DNA from: a virus
Direction: 5' to 3' (one strand)
IMG/VR virus record: IMGVR_UViG_3300005533_000002
Coordinates: 1-64,000 of that record
Length of the DNA stretch: 64,000 nucleotides
Each line of letters starts with the position of its first letter. The first letter of the stretch is position 1. A program made the position numbers and the translations under genes. Under the pieces are notes generated by a model. The model did no database searches. It was not told where the DNA came from and saw nothing but the letters and a program-made list of their open reading frames with translations. This document shows positions 54,583-64,000 of this stretch, piece after piece.

Positions 54583-55521
54583 TTAGCGAGACACTTGCGG
54601 AAAGCGGTTAGCCATGAGTCCAGGAACGTTCTGGGCCGCCGGCTGAATGTGCTGAACTGGCGGTTGTGCCAGCATTGTCGGGTTCGACTCAACAGCAATG
54701 GCTTGCTTCGGTGGATTTTTGGTCTCTTGCAGCCATATGGCATATTCGGTCAATCCGACCAGGAAGAACGGATTCGGATTCGTTGCCGAACGTTTGGCCC
54801 GAACCATTGACAGGGCCTGGTCGCGATTCCAGCCGCATGATTTCATGTGGTACGCCACATCCACGAGGCCGGCGCGACTCTGGCCATCCGAGCAGTGAAC
54901 CAGGACGGTCCAGCCGTGCGAACGCCATGCAGCAATCGTGTCAACAGCGGCGTCCAGCCAGTCAATGCCGGGGAATTGATGGTCTTGGATTGGCATCCAG
55001 ACAAACGCGCGGGGCGCGTGCGTCGGATAGAAGGTGTCCTGCCGCTCGTTGGCCAGGCTCATGATGGCCTGCACGCTATCCGGCATGGACTGGATGAAAC
55101 CGCTGGTCATGATGCCGTCATCGACGAATTCCGGGGAAACTTCGATTGTGGCAGTATCAGGGCACGGCTGCTGACTGATGATTGGTTGCATTGGTGTCGC
55201 TTCGACTTGCGGGGGTTTTTGCTCAGCCAGAGGCGGCGTGTTGTTCGGCCAGTGCCAAGAGTTGACCTCGTTGCAGCGTGCGCTATAGCGTGCGCTACGA
55301 GCGATCTGCAACGCACCAGATTGGTGGTGAACGTTCACAACCGGATCAGCGGTCGGATCAATCATCACGTGGCAGTCGATCACGCCGTCAACGTGGTCAA
55401 GAACCTTACTGATCCAGGCCGCACGGATTTCGCCATTCGAAAGAACGTATCGAATTTCCCGCCCAATTTGAATTGGAAATGGTTGGAACGGATTGGAGAG
55501 CCTGCTCGGCAAATTGTTCAT
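54583..55521 (-). CDS. Dual-specificity (PTP-fold) phosphatase domain protein
   Basis: WMPIQD loop, VLVHCSDGQSRAG (HCx5R), RAKR...PNPFF. Confidence 0.85.
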   Translation of the reverse strand: MNNLPSRLSNPFQPFPIQIGREIRYVLSNGEIRAAWISKVLDHVDGVIDCHVMIDPTADPVVNVHHQSGALQIARSARYSARCNEVNSWHWPNNTPPLAEQKPPQVEATPMQPIISQQPCPDTATIEVSPEFVDDGIMTSGFIQSMPDSVQAIMSLANERQDTFYPTHAPRAFVWMPIQDHQFPGIDWLDAAVDTIAAWRSHGWTVLVHCSDGQSRAGLVDVAYHMKSCGWNRDQALSMVRAKRSATNPNPFFLVGLTEYAIWLQETKNPPKQAIAVESNPTMLAQPPVQHIQPAAQNVPGLMANRFPQVSR

Positions 55522-55532
55522 GGTTCCCCCCG

Positions 55533-55856
55533 TTATTTCTTGTTTTGCTGATTGAGCATGGCGGCCAGCATGCCGTTTTGGCCGTCTTTCTCAATCAACT
55601 CTTCGACCCACGCCGGACTGAAACCGGCACGCCGCAGCTTTTCCGCCATGTCGAGTACAGCTTCGCCGTGTCGCACAAAAGCGTTGACGATGCTGGCCCA
55701 TTTCAGACCGAGCGTAATGGCGCGCGAAACGCAGTAGTTCAAGTCGTGATGCTCGGCCGCAACTGCGGCCTCGACTGGGGCCTGCGTTTGGCCCGGCGGA
55801 CCGTCGGCGCCGCGCCCACTATCGACCGCCACAAAGTTCTTGACTTCTTCACTCAC
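55533..55856 (-). CDS. Hypothetical protein
   Basis: Coupled minus-strand ORF. Confidence 0.55.
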   Translation of the reverse strand: MSEEVKNFVAVDSGRGADGPPGQTQAPVEAAVAAEHHDLNYCVSRAITLGLKWASIVNAFVRHGEAVLDMAEKLRRAGFSPAWVEELIEKDGQNGMLAAMLNQQNKK

Positions 55857-56151
55857 CCGTTTTCCCCTTTGTGTTGCGAATTACCGTAGCCACTTCCTCA
55901 AGAAATATGCGCCCCTGCACGATGGCAGCGTGATTATCTGCAATGCACCGCCTGAGATCGTCGCACATTTCCTTGTGATGGGCCTGAATCGTACCAAGCG
56001 ATTGCAGGTAGCCCCTTCTGTCCGCGCTCGACTCTTCGCGTTGCTCTTGCAGCTCGGAAAACAGCCGGCGCACCACCCACGAGAGCAACCCCATGAGCAT
56101 GAGGAAGCCAGAGGCAAAGGCCCCAACCAAGCTGACGTTGACGTTTTCCAT
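55849..56151 (-). CDS. Single-TM holin-like protein
   Basis: One transmembrane helix then coiled coil, directly after tail genes. Confidence 0.5.
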   Translation of the reverse strand: MENVNVSLVGAFASGFLMLMGLLSWVVRRLFSELQEQREESSADRRGYLQSLGTIQAHHKEMCDDLRRCIADNHAAIVQGRIFLEEVATVIRNTKGKTGE

Positions 56152-56209
56152 TGTTGGGCGCTCCAATGGTTCACTACATGATAGCGAAACTCTGCCATTT
56201 TTGACAAGT

Positions 56210-57460
56210 CTACATCCTACTAACGGTTGCGTTGGACTCGTAGCCGAAGCCGCCGTCCTGGCAAAGGAGATTCTTGTTTGGCCCGAGAATGTCTTGAGGG
56301 GTCCAGGTTGGGCCGACGAATTGCGTGGGGTCAAAAACCCCCTGCACCAGCGCCACTACATTGCCGACGCACGGGCCGCCGCTATTCCAACCAAGAACAA
56401 AGCTGGCCGCAAACATCCCATTCACACCGATGACGGCAGTTGGCGTGCCAGTGGCCGTCAGAATGGTTCCTGTCTGCATGCCGTTGTAAGGTGCTCCCAC
56501 GGACGGGAAGTACGCCGAATCGCATGTTGCCGGGCCAGCAACTACCTGTTGCCCCTGTGGGCTCGTGTAGAACAGCCAAAGCTGTAGCGCCAGCCTGTCG
56601 AAAGAATCAAAATCGACGGCGCCCGGCACGGGCAGGTTGCTAGCCCGGCTGTTGGCATCTGCGGCGCCTGGATAGTACATCATGCACGCCGAGATCGTGG
56701 AATTGTCCGGACGGGCCATGCCGCCGTACCAGGCCACTACGCCCGACTTGGACATGAGAGCGTCGTTGAAATCCTGGACTGTAACAATGCTGGCAATATC
56801 CTTGTTGGGCGAACCGTAGTACCCGGACAGCACTAGAAACGGGATGGTATTGTATAGTGGCTCCAGGTATGGCCCCGGCGTCTGGAATTGGCCGAAATCG
56901 AGCTGGATTTGCGTCCCCGCGACAGCCGCGCACCCGAACAGATTGGACAGGGTCAATACCAGTCTGGTCGGAAAGCACGCCGGACCGAGTTGCTGCTGCG
57001 AGCCGAATGGCGGTGGAACCGGCGTGTTGACACTGTAGTCGCTCGGGTAGCCGAGTGGATCGGCGGCGCTCGCCAAACTGAAATCGAAAACGTTGCCGGG
57101 GTCCGGCCATTGGTAGGACATAAGCGGCACGTTCGGATTGTTGTTCAGCTCTTTGACGGTAATCGATCCAGAGCCCACGTTAATGGTGCCGTCACTGTTG
57201 AGGACAACCGGAACAGCGGTGTATTGCGGCTGGCCAAATCGGTCGGTTCCCGTGCCGGTAATCTGCACGGGCGTTTGGCCGAGTGTGCCGCCGGCCCCAC
57301 CCGTTGTCTTGAGCCGCAGCGTCACGCCGCGCGAATCGCGCCACACCTTGAATGGCGGAGCGACGTTGACCATTGCGTTGCGCCGCTGCTGCTCCAGCAT
57401 GGCATTCAGGTCTGCGGCCGTTACTGGCGTCTTGCCGCCGACGTAGTTGGGGTAGGTCAT
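56210..57460 (-). CDS. Minor tail/receptor-binding protein
   Basis: Distal tail position; N-terminal TAADLN...RR...APP motif shared with two neighbours. Confidence 0.6.
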   Translation of the reverse strand: MTYPNYVGGKTPVTAADLNAMLEQQRRNAMVNVAPPFKVWRDSRGVTLRLKTTGGAGGTLGQTPVQITGTGTDRFGQPQYTAVPVVLNSDGTINVGSGSITVKELNNNPNVPLMSYQWPDPGNVFDFSLASAADPLGYPSDYSVNTPVPPPFGSQQQLGPACFPTRLVLTLSNLFGCAAVAGTQIQLDFGQFQTPGPYLEPLYNTIPFLVLSGYYGSPNKDIASIVTVQDFNDALMSKSGVVAWYGGMARPDNSTISACMMYYPGAADANSRASNLPVPGAVDFDSFDRLALQLWLFYTSPQGQQVVAGPATCDSAYFPSVGAPYNGMQTGTILTATGTPTAVIGVNGMFAASFVLGWNSGGPCVGNVVALVQGVFDPTQFVGPTWTPQDILGPNKNLLCQDGGFGYESNATVSRM

Positions 57461-57645
57461 TCCCGTGCACCCCCACAGCACCCACCAGAGCGGCGAACGA
57501 TATCTTGGCTGACTGCCAGGGCCGCGTATTCTTGTGCCGTAAGTTGCCGGCCTTCGCAACGGGCACGATAGCGCACGTCGGTCTCGTATAGCCGACAGAA
57601 CTTGCAGGTTCCCGAATACTCGCAAAGACAAGGTCCAGGTCTCAT
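57457..57645 (-). CDS. Small Cys-rich protein
   Basis: Coupled ORF MRPGPCLC...GGCCGG. Confidence 0.45.
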   Translation of the reverse strand: MRPGPCLCEYSGTCKFCRLYETDVRYRARCEGRQLTAQEYAALAVSQDIVRRSGGCCGGARE

Positions 57646-58598
57646 TGATGCACCGTAGCGGTTATATCCCCATTGCAGCCCAATCCGAAGCCGGCGAGAT
57701 CGAAGGAAACGTTTAGCGGCGGCCCGCAATTGGCTGACAGGATGCTTCCGGCGTTGGGTGAGCCACCGTTAGGACAGAGCCAGGAAAAACAGAAGCTGCC
57801 GGCGGGTGTAAAGTTGCAGGGCGCTGGATCAGAGCCCGTACAGCAGCGGAACGCAAACGGCGCCAGGATATTGTTCGATGGCGGATTGTCTTCCCACTGG
57901 CCATCGGTGCTGTTGAACACGAGGGCAATGCCCGACTCATTCGCGCCGGCAAAGTCCCCGGTGCCACCGGCCAAATCCAGGGTTAGGGTATTGGGAAGCT
58001 GGCCGGGACAGCAACCAGTCATCTGGCCACCGCCAGTAATCTGCACGCTGGCCGAGTCCCGGCCCTGGCCGCGTTCGGTATCAATTACCTGCCGCGCGTT
58101 TGGCGCGTAGGCGTCAAACCACCAAACGCCCGTGGGGTTGCCGTGATTGTCGAGAACCGGATAGAGCAATACAACCTGGTTAACCTTCGTGGTGGGAACG
58201 CTGGCTGATGGCGCCAGTCCATCTTGATCGAAGAATGCGTTCCCTGCATTCAACGCGAATGCTGCCGTGTCGCCAAACGGCGTAGTGGATTCGCCGTGCA
58301 TCAGGATGGTCCGGTGGCCACCCGGCTTCGGAACGAAATCGTGGCGAACCTCATCGTACTCGACTTCGATGAAATCAAAGGGGGCAAAACCAATGGCTGC
58401 GCCAGTCTGGAAGCGATGCAGCCTGGCTAAGACGCGCTGCGACGCGACAACGCCGGCCAGCTTGGCCTTGAGCCGCATGGCGTCCGGCAGGTTGAGCGAG
58501 TCGAGCGGCGGCGCGGACCATAGCCGGTTCCGGCGCATCATTTCTTGGCGAAACCGCTGGAAGAAATCTGGAGTCAGTTCGTCGCCCGGCGAAATCAT
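57642..58598 (-). CDS. Minor tail protein with Cys-rich C-terminus
   Basis: Position and shared N-terminal motif. Confidence 0.6.
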   Translation of the reverse strand: MISPGDELTPDFFQRFRQEMMRRNRLWSAPPLDSLNLPDAMRLKAKLAGVVASQRVLARLHRFQTGAAIGFAPFDFIEVEYDEVRHDFVPKPGGHRTILMHGESTTPFGDTAAFALNAGNAFFDQDGLAPSASVPTTKVNQVVLLYPVLDNHGNPTGVWWFDAYAPNARQVIDTERGQGRDSASVQITGGGQMTGCCPGQLPNTLTLDLAGGTGDFAGANESGIALVFNSTDGQWEDNPPSNNILAPFAFRCCTGSDPAPCNFTPAGSFCFSWLCPNGGSPNAGSILSANCGPPLNVSFDLAGFGLGCNGDITATVHQ

Positions 58599-58600
58599 GG

Positions 58601-59083
58601 TCAGCTCATCACAATGTTGGTGCCCTCGTAACCTTGGCCGTAGTCGGCCACCACGAAAGTAGTGGGCTGGCGTTCCTGATGGTAAAAGACCCAGCGAAAG
58701 CGATTGTACGTCGGCGAGAACACGCGCATCAACTCAACTGGTGTGCCGGCCGCAATGTTAGCCCGCCCGTTCTGCTCGATGGCCGGATCAGTATTCACGT
58801 CGGATTGTAGGCCGCCGGGGCGCGGCACCAAGACACCGCCCTGAACAATCTGTTCAGTCCAAGCGTACACGTTGCCGTTGGACGCACCGAGTCGAGCCGA
58901 GAGCGTGCCAGCATCCTGATTGGTCGGTGAGCTGGCCAGTCGAATAAGCCAGCCGAAGCTTCCGAAAATTGCGTGGATTGGAGGTGCCGGACTGACGATG
59001 CTTTGGCGGCGCAAGTCGGCAACGGCCCGGTTCAGCTCTTCGGCTGTGGGAATGGGCGCATCATTGTTCAGATTCCAGGGCAT
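58601..59083 (-). CDS. Minor tail protein
   Basis: TAEELNR...RR...APP, YAWTEQ, AIEQNG. Confidence 0.6.
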   Translation of the reverse strand: MPWNLNNDAPIPTAEELNRAVADLRRQSIVSPAPPIHAIFGSFGWLIRLASSPTNQDAGTLSARLGASNGNVYAWTEQIVQGGVLVPRPGGLQSDVNTDPAIEQNGRANIAAGTPVELMRVFSPTYNRFRWVFYHQERQPTTFVVADYGQGYEGTNIVMS

Positions 59084-59450
59084 GGGCTCTTCCGATAATG
59101 TTTTCAGCGTCCTGGTAGGCCACGGCCCGATTGTCGCCGACTAACAGCCAGTCCCCCGGAAGAATGGGTCTCGATGAATTGCCTATTGCTGCTCCAGGCT
59201 TCAGCCACGCAGAGCAACCCACGCTATCTGCCGGGACAGCAAAAACAAGTTCGTAGGGTCCGGCATACCACTCGTCCTTACGAGCATCCCAACGGTAAGC
59301 GTCCGGATTGGTGGCAAGAAGATTCCTGACCATGTCGAGCTGATGGTGATTTTTGCAGCGCACAACCACGATAATATATCCGTTGGCGCGCCGGTCCGAT
59401 GTACCATAGCCCTCGGGATGCCGGTTCCTGGCAAAGACTGCGAGAATCAT
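59061..59450 (-). CDS. Hypothetical tail-region protein
   Basis: GAGGT RBS; coupled. Confidence 0.55.
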   Translation of the reverse strand: MILAVFARNRHPEGYGTSDRRANGYIIVVVRCKNHHQLDMVRNLLATNPDAYRWDARKDEWYAGPYELVFAVPADSVGCSAWLKPGAAIGNSSRPILPGDWLLVGDNRAVAYQDAENIIGRAHALESEQ

Positions 59451-59459
59451 GCGTAAACC

Positions 59460-60668
59460 TCACAGGAAGTACAATAGCGGGGTGAAATCCGCAAGAGCGT
59501 AAATGAAGCCGTAGTCGTTTACGGCTATCCCGACGTTGTTTGTGTACGGACCGATTTGGCTGCCATCCGTCCACAGCAGCGGCGGCGATGGCTGCGTTTG
59601 CGACATGGCTGCCGGTGTGGCCAGCGAGCGGACGTACTGGTATCCAGGTTGCGTGGTGCCGGCCTTGCCATCGGGGTTCCCGTTGTAAAGGGACAGCCAC
59701 GAGTTGGGCTGAAATGATGTCTTGAACACAATATCCCACACCGGCGCACCGTTGAGCGTCCATGTGCGCCGCGCCTCCATGCCCACAACCAGTAATGTAC
59801 TCGGCTGAAAGCCAAGGAAGCTGGTGCTGTTGACAGCGCCAATTATCTGGGCAATGGGGGCGAAGTACGGTGCCGGCAGATAGTGCCGCGTCAGACTGAA
59901 CTCGCCGCCCGGAATGATCTTGCCAACATCTTCGGCCAGCGTCGTGTAGGCCGATGGATTCGTGGTGCCGTAAACATCCTGGAGTCCCTTGCGAATGTCG
60001 GTGCCCAGCCAGGCTAATTGCGTCGATGGCACAGACAGGATTTGCCCGCTCACGTTCAGGGTGACATCCATGTCGAGCGGCATGTACGTGGCCGTTATTT
60101 TGGCGCGTTCGTAATAGATGCGCGGCGTTAGCGGATCGGCATCGTAGCCGCGAATCAAGCCCTCGATGCCCTCAACTTCCAGCTCGCGGCAGAACATCCA
60201 CGGCATGCCGGCGGAAAACACGTCGGGCAGATAGTAGGTTGGCACGCCGCCGGACTGGTTGACTGAGTAACCGAGCAAAGCGTTGCCGAAGTCCATCCAC
60301 TGAAACCACGGCACTTCGAAAATGCGCGTCCCCTTCCAGCCCGATCGGTTATACGAAACCTTCCCCGAGCCGGCGTACTCCTTCATGCTGATGAAGGTGG
60401 ATAGGTAGCCATTACCCTGGAAATAGGGCACCCACACACCTACCGGCGGGGCGTTGCCCTGCTGGCCGCTGCTTGTCTGATAGAATACTTGGCCCGTGGG
60501 AACGCCCAGCGTGGCCGGTTGGATCTTGTCCGGGTCGTCTGGCGTCCCCGTTGGCGAAGGAAATGCTTGCGGCGGCTGCGGGATGACGCTCGGCTGAAGC
60601 GGGTAACTCTGCTGCTCGGGCGGGAACGTGCCGGGCACAATCAGGTTTTCGAAGTCGTTGAGCGGCAT
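59460..60668 (-). CDS. Tail tip/hub-like protein
   Basis: Directly after tape measure; IGAVNSTSFLGFQPSTLL and terminal IYALADF. Confidence 0.65.
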   Translation of the reverse strand: MPLNDFENLIVPGTFPPEQQSYPLQPSVIPQPPQAFPSPTGTPDDPDKIQPATLGVPTGQVFYQTSSGQQGNAPPVGVWVPYFQGNGYLSTFISMKEYAGSGKVSYNRSGWKGTRIFEVPWFQWMDFGNALLGYSVNQSGGVPTYYLPDVFSAGMPWMFCRELEVEGIEGLIRGYDADPLTPRIYYERAKITATYMPLDMDVTLNVSGQILSVPSTQLAWLGTDIRKGLQDVYGTTNPSAYTTLAEDVGKIIPGGEFSLTRHYLPAPYFAPIAQIIGAVNSTSFLGFQPSTLLVVGMEARRTWTLNGAPVWDIVFKTSFQPNSWLSLYNGNPDGKAGTTQPGYQYVRSLATPAAMSQTQPSPPLLWTDGSQIGPYTNNVGIAVNDYGFIYALADFTPLLYFL

Positions 60669-60674
60669 GAGCGA

Positions 60675-62162
60675 TTATCCGGCCACGGCCATGAGTTTCG
60701 GTTTCTTGGGGTCAAGCTTATCGGCGATCTTGTCGAGCTTGTTGTTCGTCTGCACCTGCTGATCGTATTGCTTCCGTGCCCAAATGGACGGGTCGTTGAT
60801 GGCTCCCTGCTGGAGCTTCTTCCAGAAGCCCGCCAAATCCGAGAATTCGGCCGGCTTGCCACCGCCTTCGATTTTCGGGACGTTAACCCTATCGCCCGTA
60901 GCGCCGTCTCCCGTTGCTCCGGTGGACTGGATGGAAGCTTTGAGGCGATCGAGCAGTGCCGTGCCGCCCGGAATCCACGCAGCAATCCGTTGCCAGAGAT
61001 TGCCCAGAACCTCCGTCAGCATGCGCACGCCCCCGACGACCCAGCCCATTACCGTGATAAGTCCCACGAAGCCAAAGTAGACCGCCGTGATAATGGGAAA
61101 CAGATAGGGCAGCAGTTTCTTGAGCGGCTCGATTAACTGACGGAAGTTGTCCACTCCGGCTGCCCGGTACAATTCCTTGACCATGTCCATGATGTTGCGG
61201 AGCGCATCGGCAAGAACTTCCAGGATGGCGACAAAGGCCGGACCAACCATCTTGCCAATTTCTTCGATAACCTGACCGAAGGACTTCTTTACCTGTTCGA
61301 ATTTGAAGCCGGATGTTTCGCGGTCGGCAGCGGCCATTGTCGAGCCCTGACCGGCGAACTTTTCCAGGATTTTGCGGACGGCGTCCGGGTTCTGCGCTTC
61401 GAGTAGCTCGGCACGCATTTCCGGTCCCAGTTGCCTTCCCAGACGCATCTTGGCCGGGGCGAAGCCGCCTGGCTGGCGCATCATTTCCAAGGCACCCTGA
61501 AGCGACTTGTTGACTTCGGCAATCCGTTCGGCGGATGGTGCGGTGCCGGGCTCGGCGAAACGATGGGCGAGCATGACGGCGACTTTGGCCCAGTCGGCAG
61601 CGTCCTTGTACGACTTGGCCACCTTCTCGTTTTCCAGGATGAGGCGCCGGGCCTCGCCCACGGACAGGCGCGTGCTTTGGGCCAGCTGGTAGGCCCCTTC
61701 GGAAACCTTGTCCATCTCGCCCGCACTCTTGCCCAGCGCGTCCAGCAGGGACTTGGAACGAATCATCTCATCGTTCCACTTGATGAACGCGGACGTGGCC
61801 ATTGTGATAAAGGCTATTTCCGCAACCAGTACAGCCAAGACTGCCACAATGGCAGTGGCCAGCAGAGCAGTGGCGCCGGCGGTGGCACTGAGGCCACTCG
61901 TCAAGGGTCCGAGAGCCTGGGTGAGGCTGCTACTCACGCCCAGCATGTTGGCCATCTTGCTGACGGATTGCTTGAGGCTTTCTTGGAGCGTTTCCAGCGC
62001 CTTGGTAGTCCGTTCGATTTCCTTCTTGTCGATGACGGGCGCTCTACCGAGCATTTGGAGCTTGTCTAGCTGCCGGTGTACGGCGTCAAGGGTAGGTTGC
62101 AACTTTCCCGTTTCGGTGACGAGGTTGACAACCAAACGCGCCAGCTCAAATGTAGGACCCAT
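60675..62162 (-). CDS. Tape measure protein (short, 495 aa)
   Basis: Helical Ala/Leu-rich, follows chaperone genes; FELARLVVNL N-terminus. Confidence 0.75.
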   Translation of the reverse strand: MGPTFELARLVVNLVTETGKLQPTLDAVHRQLDKLQMLGRAPVIDKKEIERTTKALETLQESLKQSVSKMANMLGVSSSLTQALGPLTSGLSATAGATALLATAIVAVLAVLVAEIAFITMATSAFIKWNDEMIRSKSLLDALGKSAGEMDKVSEGAYQLAQSTRLSVGEARRLILENEKVAKSYKDAADWAKVAVMLAHRFAEPGTAPSAERIAEVNKSLQGALEMMRQPGGFAPAKMRLGRQLGPEMRAELLEAQNPDAVRKILEKFAGQGSTMAAADRETSGFKFEQVKKSFGQVIEEIGKMVGPAFVAILEVLADALRNIMDMVKELYRAAGVDNFRQLIEPLKKLLPYLFPIITAVYFGFVGLITVMGWVVGGVRMLTEVLGNLWQRIAAWIPGGTALLDRLKASIQSTGATGDGATGDRVNVPKIEGGGKPAEFSDLAGFWKKLQQGAINDPSIWARKQYDQQVQTNNKLDKIADKLDPKKPKLMAVAG

Positions 62163-62373
62163 ATCCCCTCGCTTCCATTATCTTCCTGGCGCGTTTCAGG
62201 GCATCTTCCGGACGTTGCTGCTGTCGCATGCGGCGCACCCACGCGGCGTATTCTTCCGGGGAACCGATCCGCACCCCCTGGCCATCCGCTTTGCTGGCCC
62301 GACTGATCGCCACAAGCTGAGCCGGTGTCATGCGGGCGATTTCGTCGGGCAGCTTCTTGAGCCCCTGCATCAT
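62146..62373 (-). CDS. Tail chaperone downstream (gpT-like) frame
   Basis: PDEIARMTPAQL; frame open upstream to AAACCCT. Confidence 0.6.
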   Translation of the reverse strand: MMQGLKKLPDEIARMTPAQLVAISRASKADGQGVRIGSPEEYAAWVRRMRQQQRPEDALKRARKIMEARGYGSYI

Positions 62374-62951
62374 TTCAAGAAAGAACTTGGGCCAATCGGG
62401 CTCGCCGGCCTCACCATTGCAATGTTCATCTCCGGCGGCGTCTCCGGCACCAGGCTCGCCGCCGGCTTCGTAGGGTTTGTGTCTGAACCCTTGACTTGCA
62501 TGCTGTCTTGCAGTAACTGAGCAATCCTGTCCACCTTCTGCTTGAGGCTGGCGATCGGCTCGGCCAAGACAAGCTCGCGAACCGTGTCGTAATCCAACGT
62601 AGGATGGTTCGGCCGCGCTGCCAGCCAGATGAGCAGTGCGACTCCTTCGCCCTCTTGCAGAAGCCTCAAGGCGCCGCTGGAGTCGATTCCACCCGCGCCG
62701 CTCTTGGCGTCGTCGTGCGCCGCGCGCAGAATCAGTTCAGAAGCGTCCTTGAGAACCTGCGGCGCAAGGCCACGCCCGGAAAGGCTCTTGAGCGCCTCTC
62801 CGGCAACTTCCCACGGATCGGGCAAGCGTTCCTTGAGCCATGCCCGGATCGTCCCAAGCGCGCCAACGCTGTACTGAGACAGAAACAGCGTGCGGCCACC
62901 CAGCTCGATGGTGCCGGCCGCACCGGTCATCGTATGCAACTCTACTCCCAT
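62370..62951 (-). CDS. Tail assembly chaperone (gpG-like)
   Basis: Between tail tube and tape measure. Confidence 0.65.
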   Translation of the reverse strand: MGVELHTMTGAAGTIELGGRTLFLSQYSVGALGTIRAWLKERLPDPWEVAGEALKSLSGRGLAPQVLKDASELILRAAHDDAKSGAGGIDSSGALRLLQEGEGVALLIWLAARPNHPTLDYDTVRELVLAEPIASLKQKVDRIAQLLQDSMQVKGSDTNPTKPAASLVPETPPEMNIAMVRPASPIGPSSFLK

Positions 62952-62995
62952 ACCGTCGCCTCCATCAGTGGCTCAAAAAGTTGAGCCGCTCGCGT

Positions 62996-63448
62996 TTAGG
63001 CCGGATCAAGAATCGGGCCGCTGAAGCTGGCGGCCAGCCGCCAATCGACGGCACCGGAATTCGGATCTAGCACGACGCTGTTATCTTCCACAAAGATGGT
63101 GCCGACGTAGGCCGAACCGGGATCGGCGGCGTTGAGCCAGCCAGGGCGACGGACATACGCGGAAATCGCGTACAGGGCACCCTGGCGAAGCTGCGGCGGC
63201 GTGATGGGCTGGCCGACGCGCCAGTGGCCTTCGGCGGAAAGTGAACCCCCGGACGGACCGGGCGAATACTCTTGCCAAATCTGATTGACACCAGCAACGA
63301 CGGCGCCAGAGGTCGAACCGGTGACCTCGGTTTTCTTGGCCATTTTCTTGATTTCGACCTTGCTCATAGGCATTTCAGTCGAATTTACGAAGAGAGCCAC
63401 AGAAGCGCCGGTCAGGGTGACCGAACTCTGCTCAACTGGGGCTGCCAT
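62996..63448 (-). CDS. Major tail tube protein
   Basis: ~150 aa beta-rich; LTG...TEVT...WQEY.PG...GSLSAEG...FSG; GAGGA RBS. Confidence 0.7.
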   Translation of the reverse strand: MAAPVEQSSVTLTGASVALFVNSTEMPMSKVEIKKMAKKTEVTGSTSGAVVAGVNQIWQEYSPGPSGGSLSAEGHWRVGQPITPPQLRQGALYAISAYVRRPGWLNAADPGSAYVGTIFVEDNSVVLDPNSGAVDWRLAASFSGPILDPA

Positions 63449-63464
63449 AGGAGTATCCTCTTGG

Positions 63465-63998
63465 TTAGGCGACGAAGACAAACGGTTTGTCTGCCTTCAA
63501 TTGGTGTTTGCAAATACCACTAATCCTCTTTGACATCTGGCAGTTCAAACAAAGAACCTGGAGACCGTCAGCAGAAAACTCTCTCTTTAGTAGTCTCCTG
63601 TATAGGTGCATGCCCCCGGCCCGCCAGCCGTGCTCTCTCCGGTGCTTACCACCGTCGTTGTTGACATGATCAACGCTGAGAAAATCGATTTCGTCTTCTC
63701 CGCAACAGCGACAAAAACAACCCCCTAACAACTCAAAGCATCGCCTCTTTAGAGCCAGATGAGCGCGCTTGCCCGCACTTCTGAATTTATCCAGGCATCC
63801 TGAACACGCCTTTCGACCGGGAACGTCCAGTTCCGAACCGCAGTTTTTGCAAAGCCCCGCCTCCCGAAAACGCTGGCGTCTCGTTTTCAAATCGTTGCAC
63901 AAAACTGGAAGACAACAATCCAAGCAGAGCGCCCTCCGATAAACCTCGTTGGAGCCGCACTTCTGACATTTGCCATTTCCGAGCGGGCATCTTTCGTG
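63465..63998 (-). CDS. HNH homing-type endonuclease (5' end beyond window)
   Basis: Repeated CxxC; CRCCGE...LSVDHVNNDG...LQVLCLNC; frame open to the window edge. Confidence 0.85.
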   Translation of the reverse strand, partial: HERCPLGNGKCQKCGSNEVYRRALCLDCCLPVLCNDLKTRRQRFREAGLCKNCGSELDVPGRKACSGCLDKFRSAGKRAHLALKRRCFELLGGCFCRCCGEDEIDFLSVDHVNNDGGKHRREHGWRAGGMHLYRRLLKREFSADGLQVLCLNCQMSKRISGICKHQLKADKPFVFVA

Positions 63999-64000
63999 CT

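Noticed and set aside
53356-54810. 484-aa plus-strand ORF, and similar long antisense ORFs (3743..4645, 8528..9442, 26697..27515, 39652..40560, 61708..62520)
   Set aside because: Shadows of GC-rich genes with no recognisable motifs, unlike 7319..8017, which has ordered HTH and nuclease motifs and is confined to the intein.

Overview
The whole window is the near-complete genome of a temperate, tailed dsDNA phage. The host is most likely a planctomycete (Gemmataceae-like), inferred from two recalled host-typical protein families. An intact attP (3' half of tRNA-Ala(GGC), 48386-48432) has phage genes on both sides. The minus-strand late operon runs off the left edge in head-completion genes and re-enters at the right edge in tail genes, so this looks like a circularly permuted, non-integrated form missing only a short neck segment. 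Modules in order: head (gpE-like capsid, decoration, protease/scaffold, MuF-like minor head polyprotein, DUF935-like portal); a ~13 kb accessory island between portal and TerL; packaging; nucleotide metabolism and DNA methylation; replication (helicase, primase-polymerase, iteron origin, SSB, AAA ATPase); immunity and integration; small early genes; an atypical lysis-position cluster; and a short tail. The best candidate for an undescribed system is a 272-aa intein inserted directly before the catalytic Cys of a C39 peptidase in the MuF-like protein. It has no sense-strand endonuclease; instead a complete HTH + Vsr/DUF559-type endonuclease gene (7319-8017) lies on the opposite strand, codon-in-register, entirely inside the intein. 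A second overprinted locus is a two-frame cytosine methyltransferase with a nested HNH gene and a G7/C7 tract that switches both frames. All family assignments come from motifs read by eye; no searches were run.
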